DNA of 64,000 nt, taken from Malacoraja senta (taxonomy: Eukaryota). Each line of letters starts with the position of its first letter. The stretch's first letter is position 1. The notes beneath the pieces were generated by a model, which had not been told where the DNA came from, searched no databases, and was given only the letters and a program-made list of their open reading frames with translations. Below are positions 1 through 12,634 of the stretch, in pieces. The position numbers and the translations under genes were made by a program. Location of the stretch: positions 1 to 64,000 of the forward strand of contig JAXLNO010000155.1 in the NCBI GenBank assembly GCA_038087875.1, in the 5' to 3' direction.

Positions 1-797
1 TGGCAAGACGTCTGATTCACACAACACAGTGGAAACCCGGAGCGCTCTCCCCAAAAGGCTTTTTGGATGCTGTGGGTCAGTTGGTACTTTCACTGCCATG
101 TTAGATAAGAATTTTGGTGGGAGGGTTAATGAGGGATTCAGAGCAAATGTGCATTAATTAATCTGAGCACAGGCCTTCCCTGACTAACAAATGGATTCCA
201 TTTGTACACATGTTGATTTTCTGTACATGTCAGAAAATAGACAAAAATCACTATGTTTACCATTTTGTAATGAATGGCATTAAAAAACACATAATGCTGA
301 CAAGAAGGAACAATTGTTAAAAGAGACAAAACTAGTTCGAACGTTCCTAGAAATGAACGTATGTATGTACATCGGACTTTTGAATTTAGTATTGGAGCTG
401 TTCTGCATGTATGGGTTTCTCGTAAGTGGGGCATTTGTTACTCTAGGACGGCCTGTGTACTGCTCTGTCATTGTCTAATTGAATGTAAAGAAAAATATTA
501 GAGGAACTGAATTGATTATGCTTTTAGCTTTGAAGAGGGATGTTGTGCAATTCATCTAATTGAGGTATAGAAAAGCATTTATGGCACAGAATATAATTTT
601 ATATTCAGGAGGGAGGGACGGAATGCTGAGGCACAACAAATTTGCCATATGCTTGTTTTAGTTTCTGTAATGAAGAATGAATTATAATCTGGCAAGCAAA
701 GTCATTAATGGATTGTCTCGCGATTCCCAGGCATACTTTACACATGCCTGGCTATTTCACGTAATAGATCAAAAGTATTGCCTTGATTCTTTTTCAG

Positions 798-845
798 TAA
801 ATCAGTATCCCTTGGTTGGAAACCTTTATGCCTTTGGGAAGAACC
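798..845 (+). other. Candidate 48-nt host coding exon (unverified)
   Basis: Pyrimidine-rich acceptor ttgattctttttcag ends at 797 and donor gtatgt starts at 846. The 48 nt are open in phase 1 (xNQYPLVGNLYAFGKN). The peptide is not recognised. Confidence 0.2.
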
Positions 846-1118
846 GTATGTACCTGACTGATCTATGAACACTCCTTTTAACCTTCTCTAAGCACGACAC
901 TCCCACTTTCTTTGGATTTTTCATGTAAGTGAAACCTTTCATCTTGATACCATTATTGCTGTTTAATGCAGTCGAGCAGACTTGTGCAGAAGAGATTTGT
1001 AAAAACGTAGCACATTCCTTTTATACTTTGCTTCTCTGTTCCAAAGGTTCGGTGTTCCTTTTTTAAACTGACTACTCAACCAACTTGTTCTGCAATTGTT
1101 AAAAATTGCCTTTGTACA

Positions 1119-1600
1119 TAATAATAATAATAATAATAATAATATATCTTTTATTGTCATTGCACGTCAGTGCAACGAGATTTAGTATGCAGCTCCACCG
1201 ATGTACAAGAAAAGTAAAATAAAACTAAAATAAATAAATAAGCAAGCTGAGTGACGTGACCATCAGAGGGAGACTGTCCAGGGTGGGTGGGTGAGGGGGG
1301 CACTCAGCAGGGCCGGTTCAGAGCCGTTATAGCTCTTGGGATAAAGCTGTTTCTGAGTCTGGAGGTTCGGACGTAGAAGTCCTTGTAACGTCTGCCGGAG
1401 GGAAGTAGTTCAAACAGTCCGTTACAAGGGTGTGATGAGTCCTTGTGGATGCTGACGGCCTTCCTGAGGCACCGTGTGTGGTAGATGCCCTCCAAGGCTG
1501 GTAGCTCTGTCCCAATGATCCTCTGTGCACGACGCGCTGAAGAGCTCTCCTCTCCGCCTCCGTGCAGCTGAGATACCACACAGAGATGCCATCTGCAGCG
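1119..1600 (-). mobile_element. 5'-truncated Rex1/Babar-type LINE 3' end
   Basis: Minus-strand peptide ...AQRIIGTELPALEGIYHTRCLRKA..KDSSHP..LFELLPSGRRY..RTSRLRNSFIPRAI resembles the C-terminus of the Rex/Babar ORF at 53246-54682. It ends in a (TTA)n tail at 1119-1143. Confidence 0.75.
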
Positions 1601-1948
1601 GTCTGTGTCCCAACATCCCCCATATAATTGTACCATTTAGTTTACATGGAATTCTAGAGGTGAGAGCTGGGTTACTGTTCCTGCTCCGTTGCTAAGGTAG
1701 CACACCGTGCAGTGTAGCATTGATTTTACTTCGGAGTCACGTGAGTGACTACGTGAAGAACCCCGCCAGTGCGCCTGCGCGTCATTACGTCAGACGCCTT
1801 GACGCAAACGGACGTGAGGAGCAGAGCTCCTACAGTGGTTTGTAGTTTTTCAACTACAAGGTAAGTAGAAACTTTTTTCATGTTTTCCAGGTCCGTTTAC
1901 TGTGGGTCTATGGGGATTTTTTCCACAGACGCCAGGGAAAAAACGGAC

Positions 1949-3100
1949 ATGGGTAAGAGGTGAGCGACACAGCCGACAGAAGTCGGGAAAGTCGGGAGTC
2001 TGCGGTTAGAGACCAACCGCCTCTAAACCCCGGTACAGTCGCCAGCGGTGAGCATAGCGACTGTGGACCTGGGGCTGGTGAAAACACAGTCAGCGCCTGT
2101 CGGGCAAAAGACAAAGTTTAAATCCCAACGGCCCACGGAGGGAGTCCCAGGCAATGGAAGTAGCTCCAGGGCTAGATACTGCTTTCGAGCGTATTGCCCA
2201 AATAGAAAGCCTTTTACATAGGCTGTTGGAGCAAAGCTCACTCGGGAAGGAGTGTACTGTAATCCAAGCTACAGGAAGCAGCTTAACAGCACCTGGCTCA
2301 GGGCTGATGGAATGCACCCTCAGGAATGAGGAGCGTGCTACGGGTCATGAGATTTCAGACCCGACTGACGGTGAGGCTGTACAAGGCGATGAACGGCAGC
2401 TGCCAGATGTTCCACCGCTGGCAGTAGGATTCGCTGCCCCGTCAGGGTCAGGAGAGCCATTAGGAGAAGAACTGGCCTCCTTAATAAATTACTTGGTTTA
2501 CCATCAGCTGGAACAGCAGGAGATGGATGAGACTGCAAGAAAGCAGGAGACCCCAAGTAACTGTGGGTTGCTGAAAGCAGCAGCAGTGAACCAAATTATC
2601 TGGAATCAGTTGCAGAGAATATTAAAGCTGCTGGGTTCTGGAATAACTGCTTTTACCACAATAGCAGGTAACAGCCAAGAGATGACGAAGTTGCACCAGG
2701 AAGCACTGGGGTTGCTATGCAGCACCCACTTCGAGATCAATTATCTGAGGAAAGTGCTATACGGCCTACTATGAATCCGAAATTCGCAGCACTCTGCAAA
2801 CCAAGTAATATACAATTACCCAACTTACTCTTTGGAGAGGATCTCGGGAGACGTATTCAAGAGTTGGAAGATGAAGCGAAAACAGGATTGATAAAAACAT
2901 CAATGGTTGCAAAGTCTGTAAAGAGGAAGTATCCTTTCAGACGTCATACGGATCCTAGACCAGGACCAAGTCGCTCATCAACGCAGGGACGTAGCTGGCG
3001 GCCTGCAGTGGGAGTAAGGACCAGTGGTGGTGCTTCCGGGAGAATCCAGGGATCTCAGAATACTCAAATGACTCAAGAGGTAGGTGGACCTGGTTCTCAG
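1949..3100 (+). pseudogene. DIRS gag-like ORF1 remnant (copy A)
   Basis: ORFs 2154-2774 and 2717-3337 (QRILKLLGSGITAF..ALGLLCSTHFEINYLRK..NPKFAALCK..LLFGEDL) align by eye with the copy B ORF at 14841-15533. Frameshifted. Confidence 0.7.
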
Positions 3101-4870
3101 GGGAACATACTAACTGGATTAAGTCCAAAAGTTGGAGGCAGATTACGTCTCTTCTATAAACATTGGAAGAAGATTACTTCAGATGTGGTAATTCTGAATA
3201 ATATACAAGGATTTCGAATTGAATTCAATCCAAATTATAATTTGCCTGTCCAGCATGTTCCTAGCAGAACTCTCCACTTTGCGATAATGGAGGTTCAAGC
3301 TGCGCTTCAAAACCCTATATATAAAAGGTGTTATTGAAGAATCAGTCTACCAAATTCACCAATTTGGGTCAAATATATTCCCTCGATCAAAAAAGGATGG
3401 AGGATATAGGATTATTATAGATTGACAAGTCTGAATCCTTTTGTTCAGTGTCTGTTCACTTGCAAGATATGAAGTATCTTAAATTTACATGGATGAACCA
3501 ATTAGGGCAGTTCAAAGCTCTGCCTAATGGGTTAACGTTCCCTCCCAGAATATTCATAAAATTGTTAAAATCAATTCTGGGGTTGCTGAGAGCCAGGGGC
3601 ATGTACTAATGGCATACCTGGATGATGTCCTGATTATAGGAAGGACAAAACAGTCAACAGAAGCATCGGTTGCAGTAATAAAATCAAACTTTTGAAAGTT
3701 TGGGGGTTTCTAAATTCATCCAAAGAAATCAAGGTTAAAAACATGTACCTCGATTGATTATTTGGGGTTCACAATTAATTTAGCCCAAATGCAAATTACT
3801 TTGCCCAGTGAAAAAAGGGTGGAGTTGATTAAAGATTGCAGTAATCTGTTAAACGAGCAAAAACCTCTAATCAGACAGGTGGCTCGAGTACTGGGAAAAT
3901 TAGTAGATTCCCAGCAGTCCAGTATGGACCATTACATTATCAACAGCTGCAGAGCATCAAAGAACAGGCACTGAGAGTAAATGCTAGGCATTTTGATAGA
4001 ACCATGCAAGTAACAACAAATGCTGTTTCTAAGCTGCAGTGGTGGATTCTACATGTCTCACGCAGTTCAGGCAAAGTGCTGATTGAACAACATTCCATGA
4101 TATTACACTGATGCCAGTGCACTAGGATGGGGTGCAACTGACTTAACATGGAGCTGCGGAGGCAGATGGAATCAGGAAAAGTTAGTGTTACTGCAGACAT
4201 GGGGAATTACCTATTTGGAGCTTTTAGGAGGTTTCTATGGACTACAAGCTTATGGTTCTAACACAACTAAAAGGAAGGTTCAAGTTCAAATTAATAAACA
4301 CAACAGTAGTTGCCTATATTAATGATATGGGTGGAATTAAGTCGGTGTCATGTGACAAAATGGTTAAATCAACTTTGGTCTTGGTGTATTGAAAAGAACA
4401 TTTGGATTTCAGCTATCTATCTACCAGGTAGAATGAACACGATAGCAGACACCAGGTCACGAAAAGTTCCATGATAATAAAGAATGGATGTTGAATCAAG
4501 AGGTATTCAATGATATAGTAATCAGATTTGGAATGACCGACATCGACTTGAATCATCAGCTATCGAGATATGTCTCATGGAAACCAGATCCAGGAGCAGT
4601 GGCGATTGATGCTTTCTCGCTACATTGGGGCGGTATGTTTTCATATATATTTCCACCTTTCTGCCTCATAAGCCAATGTTTGCTTAAAATCAGGCAAGAT
4701 GCTGCTTCAAGGGTATTGGTAGTACCAGATTGGCCTACACAGCCATGGTATCCGTTGATATTAGAATTAACAACACAAATGTTGATGAAAGTCCCAAAAA
4801 ATAGTAATTTATTGCTGCACCCTGTACAGGGGAACAACATCCATTATATGATCGTTTGGATTTGTTGATT
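3080..4870 (+). pseudogene. DIRS pol remnant: reverse transcriptase, RNase H, adenine-methyltransferase-like domain (copy A)
   Basis: VGGRLRLF start motif, KKDGGYRII, ALPNGL, YLDD (~3615), YTDASALGWGA (~4105), and DIDL..NHQLSRYVSW..DAF..FPPF (ORF 4488-4868). Many stops and frameshifts. Confidence 0.85.
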
Positions 4871-4884
4871 TGCAGGTTTTAAGA

Positions 4885-5835
4885 ATGCCTTTTCTGGGAC
4901 GAGGACTGTCTGAGCATACTGTGGACATGCTTACGGCAGCCTGGAGGAAGAGCACTCAAAAACAGTACCTTTCTTATATTAAGAAATGGGAAGAGTTCTG
5001 TGTACAAAAGAATGTGCAATAAAGTACTGCAGATATTTCAAATGTTTAGAATTTCTGTCAAAACTTTATTATGATGAAGGTCTGAGTTGTAGTGCAATTA
5101 ATTCAGCCAGAAGTGCATTGTTCTCATATTTGGTTCTGGATTCAGAAAGAAACTCAATTGGGTCACACCCAATTGTTTCCAGACTAATGAAAGGAATCTT
5201 TAATTCCAAACCACCGAAACCTAGGTACGTGACAATCTGGGATGTAAGTGTGGTACTGAAACTACTTCGTGAATGGTCATCAAGTGTGTCTTTACCTTTG
5301 GTCATGCTAAGTATGAAAGTATTCATGCTTATGGCATGAGTGACAGCACAACGAGTGCAAACACTTGGAAAATTACAAATAGACAGTATGGAAGTAACTG
5401 AAGACAAGGTTACATTCTATATCTATGACCTATATCAATTAGGCCAGGTGTGACAGGATTTAAAATTATACTAGCAGCATATCCAAATGATCCATGTCTC
5501 TGTATTAAGACATATTTATTACAATACATTGAGGTCACAAAGAATTTGAGAATACGGAAACTGGGTTGTTGATCACACACAAGAAACCACACAAGAGAGT
5601 TTCAATACAGACTATTTCCAGATGAATAAAAGAAGTCTTAACAGCTGCTGGTATTAACACTTATGTTTTTACGTCTGACTCGACTAGGGCAGCAGAAACG
5701 TCGGCGACCAGGGCAAAAGACGTCCCCGTCGACCATATCCTCGCAGCCGCCGGGTGGTCCAATGAGTTGATGTTTCAACATTTTTACCATCGGCCTATTG
5801 TTAATGCGGGGTTGTTTGCAGAAACTATTTTAAGT
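4885..5835 (+). pseudogene. DIRS tyrosine recombinase remnant (copy A)
   Basis: AINSARSAL..HPIVSRLMKGIFNSKPPKPRY..WDV (ORF 4986-5339), TAQRVQ, degenerate (H)STRAA and AAGW motifs. Confidence 0.85.
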
Positions 5836-6012
5836 TCTGTGTAAATTCCTCTGGTTTAAAGGGGATCTGATTCATTTCATTATTTAAATGAATTACTGCA
5901 TTTGTGGTACAAATGTTATTATGAATGCATGATTGATTATTCTCGTTCCGAGGCAATCTATGCAGTGAGAAGCCGGGATTGATCCACGGCATGAAATCAC
6001 AAAGCTTTAAAA

Positions 6013-6126
6013 TCTTCACGTAGTCACTCACGTGACTCCGAAGTAAAATAGTAAGATTAAACGAGAACTTACCTAAGTTTGAAGTTTGATCTTTATTTTA
6101 TCAGGAGTTACGTAGGTGATTACGTG
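6013..6126 (+). repeat. DIRS internal complementary region (ICR), copy A
   Basis: 6013-6048 is the reverse complement of the left terminus 1724-1759. 6049-6126 is the reverse complement of the right terminus ~6279-6356 (one mismatch seen). Confidence 0.92.
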
Positions 6127-6719
6127 CCCACCACGACCCTACCCTCTATCATAAAGGTCAGATGGAAGTTCTTGTATTACTCGTTTTATTATGAGACTAT
6201 ACTACTTCGGTTGTTGTTTTTTGTGATTTCACACCGCTGCTTTGAAGATTGACGCGCAGGCGCACTGGCGGGGTTCTTCACGTAATCACCTACGTAACTC
6301 CTCATAAAATAAAGATCAAACTTCAAACTTAGGTAAGTTCTCGTTTAATCTTACTATTCCACTGATGAGGTGATGTGGAATGCTTGGTTTTAGGTACTGG
6401 TCATTCCAACCAATGACAGGACTCAGACACAAGTCGTAGACAACTCTAGACTGTCATTGGAACATTGGACATTAAAAACTACTGTAAAATTGCATGTAAA
6501 CATGGGTGACAAACTGCATTAATATTTCCCATGATTACAAGCATCTGATAATACCACAAAATACTCCTGCCAGAAGTATGCAAAACACTTTTGCTTTAAT
6601 TAAACGAATAATCCCATTACAAATTGCCTTACTTGCAAAGCCTAGATGTTTTTGTGTCACCGTCAGAGTGGTAAATGTGACTTGTATCCTTCCTGAGCAA
6701 TCGATTTAAAATGCATTTA

Positions 6720-7490
6720 CAAGTTCATAAGTCAATCGAGTATATTTAACCATTCGCCCCATTGAGCCCACTCCGCCATTTAATCATGGCTCATCTATCT
6801 TTCCTTCTCGACCCCATTTTCTACTTTCTCCCATAACCTTTGACACCCTTCCTAATCAAGAACATGTCAATCTCTGCTTTAAGTATACACAATGACATGG
6901 CCTCCACAGCCACCTATGGCAATGAATTCCACAGATTCACCACTCTCTGACTGAAGAAATTCATCCCTATCTTTCTATAGGTATGTCCTTATATTCCGAG
7001 GCTGTGCCCTGTGGTCCGAGACCATCTCACTAGTGGAAACATCCTCTCCACATCCACCTTATCCAGGCCTATCATTATTCTGTAAGTTTCAATGTCTTCT
7101 CTCGTCTTTCCAAACTCCAGTGAGTATTGTTTATTGTATTGTATATCTTTATTGTTATTTCCTGAGTATTCGCATACCCAGAGGAAACAAAAAAACATTC
7201 CTCAACCAGTGTCCATTTCAGTGTGTGCAGTAAAAAATAAATAGAAGTAAAAATACATATATCATGAACGGGTCTTGAGTACAGGTCTTGAGTGGTCAAA
7301 CGCTCATACATTAACCCAATCGTCCCCGGGATCATTCATGTAAACCACCTTTGGATGTCGGCACAGCCAGCCCCCACCTCAGATTTAGGCCCAAAACTGC
7401 TCACAATACTCCAAATGCAGTCTGACCAGTGCCTTCTAAAGCCACAGCATTACATCCCTGTTTTTATATTCTAATTCTCTTGACATAAAT
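6720..7490 (-). mobile_element. Old CR1 LINE 3' fragments
   Basis: Minus-strand peptide IETYRIMIGLDKVDVERMFPLV..RTTGHSLGI, plus a 3'UTR resembling the CR1 copies at 46.6, 51.7 and 57.8 kb. Interrupted around 7125-7270. Confidence 0.7.
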
Positions 7491-8539
7491 GCTTTTAGAT
7501 CACTTGCCAGGCTTTGTTTTCTCCCCCTCCCCCTCTAGACAAGCCTGTCGGACACCTGCTTCACACTTATGTTCTGCCTCCACAATCAGCAATTCTGAAA
7601 AACTGCAACTCTTCCCACCGGTTTTTAAAACCTTTTTCTTGTTAAAAAGCAGACTATTACTTCCAGCAAGATGGCTCTTCTCCCTCTGGCTTCAGTTTTT
7701 GCGGTAGAAATAATCCCAATGATCCTCTGCTTCCATTGTATTTGATACTTTGGTTTTGTATATTAACTCCTGAATGTTCCTGATCCTATACCCACCTTTC
7801 TCAGCTGTGGTATTTTCCCAATTGTTTATTGGTTCTTACAAATCATTTCTCCACGCTATTTGCTTTTAAGACAAAGTCTTCCCTGGGTGCCACACTTTAC
7901 CTACATACTTCTGCACTAGAGTGAACTTCGAAAGGCATCATTGCGGCAGAGATCAGTTTTTAAGTGGAGATGGCCTCTTGGCTCCCTTCATCATCTCACT
8001 AAAGAGAGAGCACCTGCCTCGTAGTACATGTGATAATGTCCTGTTGACTTCGTGACCGGCAAGTGAGTTATAAAAGCTAGTCCTAGCACAATGGAGGTGT
8101 GGGGAAAGAATATCTATCTTGTTTCAGTGGAATGCAAAACAGGTGGGCTGCTTTGAATAATGATCTCGACTATGGGAATGCTGTTGGAGATGCATTAATT
8201 GATGCAAATGGATAGAATCCTATCAAGCTCCTGCTTTGCATCTGTTTGAAAACTTCGGGACATGAGTAGATGGGTTACTACAATCCCTGACCAGCTCTTG
8301 TAGCCACAGTAATTGTATTTGATCTAGTTGAGTTCTGGCCAGTGACGACCCCAGAATGTTGGTGTGACTTGACAATGCTAATGCGATTGAACATCATCTG
8401 TATGCGGTTCGATTCTCCATTTTTGGAGCTGATCTTTGATTCTTCTGTGTATGAATGTTACTTGCCACTGTTTAGTCTATGCTGAATGTCGTCCAGATTC
8501 AGCTGAATGCTGGACATGAATTATTTAATTTTCTAAAGA

Positions 8540-8774
8540 TTATAGAGTGATACAGTGTGGAAACAGGCCCTTCTGCCCAACTTGCTCACACCAGCCAACA
8601 TGTCCCAGCTACATTAGTCCCACCTGCCTGCGTTTGGTCCATATCCCTCCAAACCAGTCCTATCCATGTACCTGTCTAACTGTTTCTTAAATGTTGGGAT
8701 AATCCCAGTCTCAACTACCTCTTCTGGCAGCTCGTTCCATACACCCATCACCCTTTGTGTTATAAAGTTACCCC
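8540..8774 (-). mobile_element. CR1-type LINE 3' tail fragment
   Basis: Minus strand reads ...TQRVMGVWNELPEEVVE.. followed by a tail ending gggcctgtttccacactgtatc, similar to the SINE tail at 29390-29428. Confidence 0.55.
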
Positions 8775-9075
8775 TGTAGCGGCACCAAACATGATGAATA
8801 AGGCCAGACGTCAGGCAGGTTCAAACAGTCGTGTATTCAGGTTCTACACGTTAGGTTGGTGCGCTAACTATATTATCATTGCTGCTGTACTGAGCGAGGC
8901 TGTTCTCTTGGGCTCAGCTACCTGTTGACTGCTAAGGTCTCGAGGTGAGATAACCTTAAGTAGCAGGACACTCCCTCTAGCCCATGACGTCACGTGCCAG
9001 CCCTCGTACCTACTGACGAGGGTTCGACCATAAGTGGCCCGTGTATTAGCTGACGCCACAGGACCCCCCCCCCCA
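8775..9075 (-). mobile_element. Isolated LTR with adjacent polypurine tract (LTR-retrotransposon 3' remnant)
   Basis: A ~286-bp segment bounded by TG..CA with short inverted ends (tgtagcg / cgccaca). The poly-C run at 9064-9074 is a poly-G PPT on the minus strand directly upstream of it. Confidence 0.5.
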
Positions 9076-9474
9076 GAACTGGAGGAAGGAATAGAATGGT
9101 CGAAATTCCAGTGAATATAAGCCCAGTCTAAATTCCAGTGAATATAAGCCCATTATCTCCCTCCTTCTGCATTGTATTTCACTCATTTTCTCTCATTATC
9201 TGACAGCCTTGTCTCTTTTTTATTTATAGTGTTTATCTGCTTATCCGCCAATAAAACCTCCTTGCCTGTATCCACCTATAACTTGCCAGGCTTTGTTTCC
9301 TCCTACTTCTATTTCAGATTGATTATAAAATATTAGATTATACCATTTTTCATTTAAAAAGTTACAAATTAAGAGCTGCAGCTTATTTTACCATCAAGCT
9401 GGATAATGAGTAGATTGGCATTATTGTTGTAAATGTTCACCTTATAAAGTAAGAAGCAACATTGAGGATATTAC

Positions 9475-9841
9475 ACAAGTAATCAATCTTCCATCAGTTT
9501 CGCCCAACAAGTAATCAATCCTCCATCAGTTTCGCCCAACAAGTAATCAATCCTCCATCAGTTTCACCCAACAAGTAATCAATCCTCCATCAGTTTCGCC
9601 CAACAAGTAATCAATCCTCCATCAGTTTCACCCAACAAGTAATCAATCCTCCATCAGTTTCGCCCAACAAGTAATCCTCCATCAGTTTCGGCCAACAAGT
9701 AATCCTCCATCAGTTTCGCCCAACAAGTAATCCTCCGTCAGTTTCGCCCAACAAGTAATCAATCCTCCATCAGTTTCGCCCAACAAGTAATCAATCCTCC
9801 GTCAGTTTCGCCCAACAAGTAATCCTCCGTCAGTTTCGCCA
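9475..9841. repeat. Tandem array, 12 units of 32/28 bp
   Basis: Unit acaagt(aatc)aatcctccRtcagtttcRccca: eight 32-bp units and four short units lacking one aatc. The last unit runs directly into the Penelope-like coding sequence. Confidence 0.95.
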
Positions 9842-10585
9842 CCTCCAACGTGACCCCACCACTCGCCACATCTTCCCATCTCCCCCCATGTCTGCCTTCC
9901 GCAAAGACCGCTCCCTCCGTAACTCCGTCAATACTTCCCTTCCCTCCCGTACCACCCCCTCCCCGGGCACTTTCCCTTGCAACCGCAAGAGATGCAACAC
10001 TTGTCCCTTCACCTCCCCCCTCGACTCCATTCAAGGACCCAAGCAGTCGTTGCAGGTGCGACAGAGGTTCACCTGCATCTCCTCCAACCTCATCTATTGG
10101 ATCCGCTGCTCTAGATCACAGCTGATCTACATCGGTGAGACCAAGCGGAGGCTTGGCGATCGTTTCGCCGAACACCTCCGCTCGGTCCGCAATAACCAAC
10201 CTGACCTCCCGGTGGCTCAGCACTTCAACTCCCCCTCCCATTCCGTATCCGACCTTTCTGTCCTGGGTCTCCTCCATGGCCAGAGCGAGCAACACCGGAA
10301 ATTGGAGGAAATGCACCTCATATTCCGCTTGGGTAGTTTGCATCCTGGTGGCATGAACATTGAATTCTCCCAATTTTGCTAGCCCTTGCTGTCTCCTCCC
10401 CTTACTCAGCCCTTGGGCTCCTCCTCCCATCCCTCAACCCTCGGGCTCCTCCTCCGCCTTTTTCTTTCTTCTCCCCACCCCCCATCAGTCTGAAGAAGGG
10501 TTTCAGCCCGAAACGTTGCCTATTTCCTTCGCTCCATAGATGCTGCTGCACCCGCTGAGTTTCTCCAGCATTTTTGTGTACCTTT
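9815..10585 (+). mobile_element. 5'-truncated Penelope-like element (GIY-YIG endonuclease region plus pLTR tail)
   Basis: ORF 9888-10382 contains CNRKRCNTC, FTCISSNLIYWIRC..LIYIGETKRRLGDRFAEH..VAQHFN..PGGMN (GIY-YIG). The 3' region contains a hammerhead motif. Confidence 0.9.
10486..10520 (+). ncRNA. Minimal hammerhead ribozyme motif in Penelope pLTR
   Basis: CTGAAGA (10490-10496), stem II gggt-ttca-gccc, GAAA (10510-10513), then CGTT. Matches the CUGANGA/GAAA core with vestigial stem III known from PLEs. Confidence 0.6.
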
Positions 10586-11373
10586 GAGGATATTAATACA
10601 CATATCATGATTTAACATGGCACTGAAAATTCCTGGTAATATTCTTGTACCATATGTTACGTGCAAGATTGCAAAAAGCCAAAAGGTACTTGCACGTTTC
10701 TCTTTCATGCTGTTTTCATGTCACAATCAATAACCTAAAATAAACAGCATTTGACTTTACACTAATGCTACATTTCTAGAATTCAAGTCGCTCATCAAGG
10801 CCTATGCAATGAAACTAGATAGAGCTAGCTCTCTAAGGGGGTAGAGGAACTGAAAGAACTTTTCATTAGGCGAGAAATAGTATTGGGTAGGCTAATGGGA
10901 CTGAAGGATGATAAATTCCCTGGACCTGATGGTCTGCATCCCAGGGTCCTCAGGGGGGTGGCTCTAGAAATAGTGGACGCATTGGTGATCATTTACCAAT
11001 GTTCAATAGATTCAGGATCAGTTCCTGTGGATTGGAGGATAGCTAATGTTATCCCACTTTTCATGAAAGGAGCGAGAGAGAAAACGGGGAATTATAGACC
11101 AGTTAGCCTGACTTCGGTGGTGGGAAAGATGCTGGAGTCAATTATTAAGGAGGTAATAATAGTAAGATTAAACGAGAACTTACCAGTTTGAGGTTTGATC
11201 TTTATTTTATGAGGAGTTACGTCGAGGGATTACGTGAAGGCGCCGCCAGCACGCATGCGCGACATTCTTCAAAGCAGCGGCGTGGAATCACAATAATAGT
11301 AATGAAATAAACATAGTAAGATAAGAAGAACTAGGATACCAGTTGACCTTTATAAGAGGGTGGGCATGGAGGG

Positions 11374-11486
11374 CACGTAATCCCTCGACGTAACTCCTCA
11401 TAAAATAAAGATCAAACCTCAAACTGGTAAGTTCTCGTTTAATCTTACTATTTTACTTCGGAGTCACGTCAGTGACTACGTGAAGA
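11374..11486 (-). repeat. DIRS internal complementary region (ICR), copy B
   Basis: 11374-11450 is the reverse complement of 11160-11236. 11451-11486 is the reverse complement of ~15980-16015 with two mismatches. Confidence 0.92.
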
Positions 11487-11650
11487 TTTTAAAGATGTGT
11501 GATTTCATGCTGTGGAACAAATCCATACCTCACTCACTGCCGAAGTCACCCAAGGGAGGAAGTATGTTATCGTAATTAAACATTAATCAATTTTTAAAAA
11601 CAATAACGATTTATTTTTTAACAAAGAAAATAATGCTCCCTTGGGCTAAA

Positions 11651-12634
11651 TTATATTGCAGAACTTAAAATTCTTTCTGGAAACACTGCAGGTTTGGCGA
11701 TCGGCTTATTATAACATATTTGGAAAGTCTTTTCCATAGACCATCCTGCTGTCGCCAGGATATGGTCCATTGGTACCTCCATATTTCTGGCCACCGATGT
11801 TGCTGCTGCCCTGGTGGAGTGAGATTTAAAAATGTCAGTATCCACCCCAGCAGCCCCCAGAACCTGTCTGAGCCATCTTGAGATGGTCTGTACTGACACC
11901 CGCCCATGAGGCTGTTTGAAGCTAACCCATAATGCCATTTCGCTTCCTCTTAAGGCTTTTGTTGTCCTAAGATAAAGCAGTAGGTGTGTCATGACACACA
12001 AGCGGGGGTCAGGTGGGTATGCCCAGAATTCCAAACTCAGTCCTGAAGTTCCCGGTCTATTCTGTTTGACCAACTCCAAGATCTGGAAGGTTATCTTGTC
12101 AGTTGATGATTTCATATTGTCCAATCTTAATTTGTATAGGGACTGGACCTTTTGAGCTGAGACCAAAGCCATCAGCATTACTGTTTTTAGTGTGAGCTGT
12201 TCCAGGGTCAGGGACGTTGCTGGTGACCAACCCCTTAGTAATGTCAGTAAAACACTGATGTCCCAGATCTGGGTGTACCTTGGTCTGGGGGGATTGGTGT
12301 TGTAGATACCCCTCATTAGTTTGGCAACTAGAGGGTAGGATCTCATGGACTGCTGTCCCGGTGCCTGCCATTAATATGCTGACAGAGCACTCCTAGCACT
12401 GTTAATTGTGCTGTAACTCAGTCCTTCATCAAAGTGAAGGCTGGATAGGAACTCCAGGACATTGGTAATTGTAGCTGATTTGTATGCTACCCGAGTCCTT
12501 GAGCAGTACGTTTCCCACTTCCGAATGCTGGAGAGGTACTGCTTCTTAGTCGATTCTCGGGAGGCCGCCGTGATCATGTTCATGGTCCTGTCCAATAATC
12601 CCAGATCCAACAGAGGTCTTTTCAAATTCTTCAA
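11651..12634 (-). pseudogene. DIRS tyrosine recombinase (copy B), interrupted
   Basis: ORFs 12371-12634 and 11651-12346: TINSARSALS, WDI, SAQKVQ (catalytic Arg replaced by Lys), HSTRAA, AGW..TF..Y. Confidence 0.9.

Larger units (their letters stand above)
1724..6358 (+). mobile_element. DIRS1-type tyrosine-recombinase retrotransposon (copy A), full-length, decayed
   Basis: Left end ttttacttcggagtcacgtgagtgactacgtgaagaaccccgccagtgcgcctgcgcgtca. Right ITR ~6250-6283 is the reverse complement of ~1748-1783. The internal complementary region is at 6013-6126. gag, RT, RNase H, methyltransferase-like and YR remnants occur in canonical order. No TSD; ATT at both junctions. Confidence 0.95.

Noticed and set aside
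9475..9841. CRISPR-like array of ~32-bp repeats
   Set aside because: The units are directly adjacent with no unique spacers, there are no cas genes, the context is eukaryotic, and the unit derives from the adjacent Penelope element.
11651..12346. Phage integrase or prophage
   Set aside because: The tyrosine recombinase lies within the ITR/ICR-bounded DIRS retrotransposon, and no phage genes are present.
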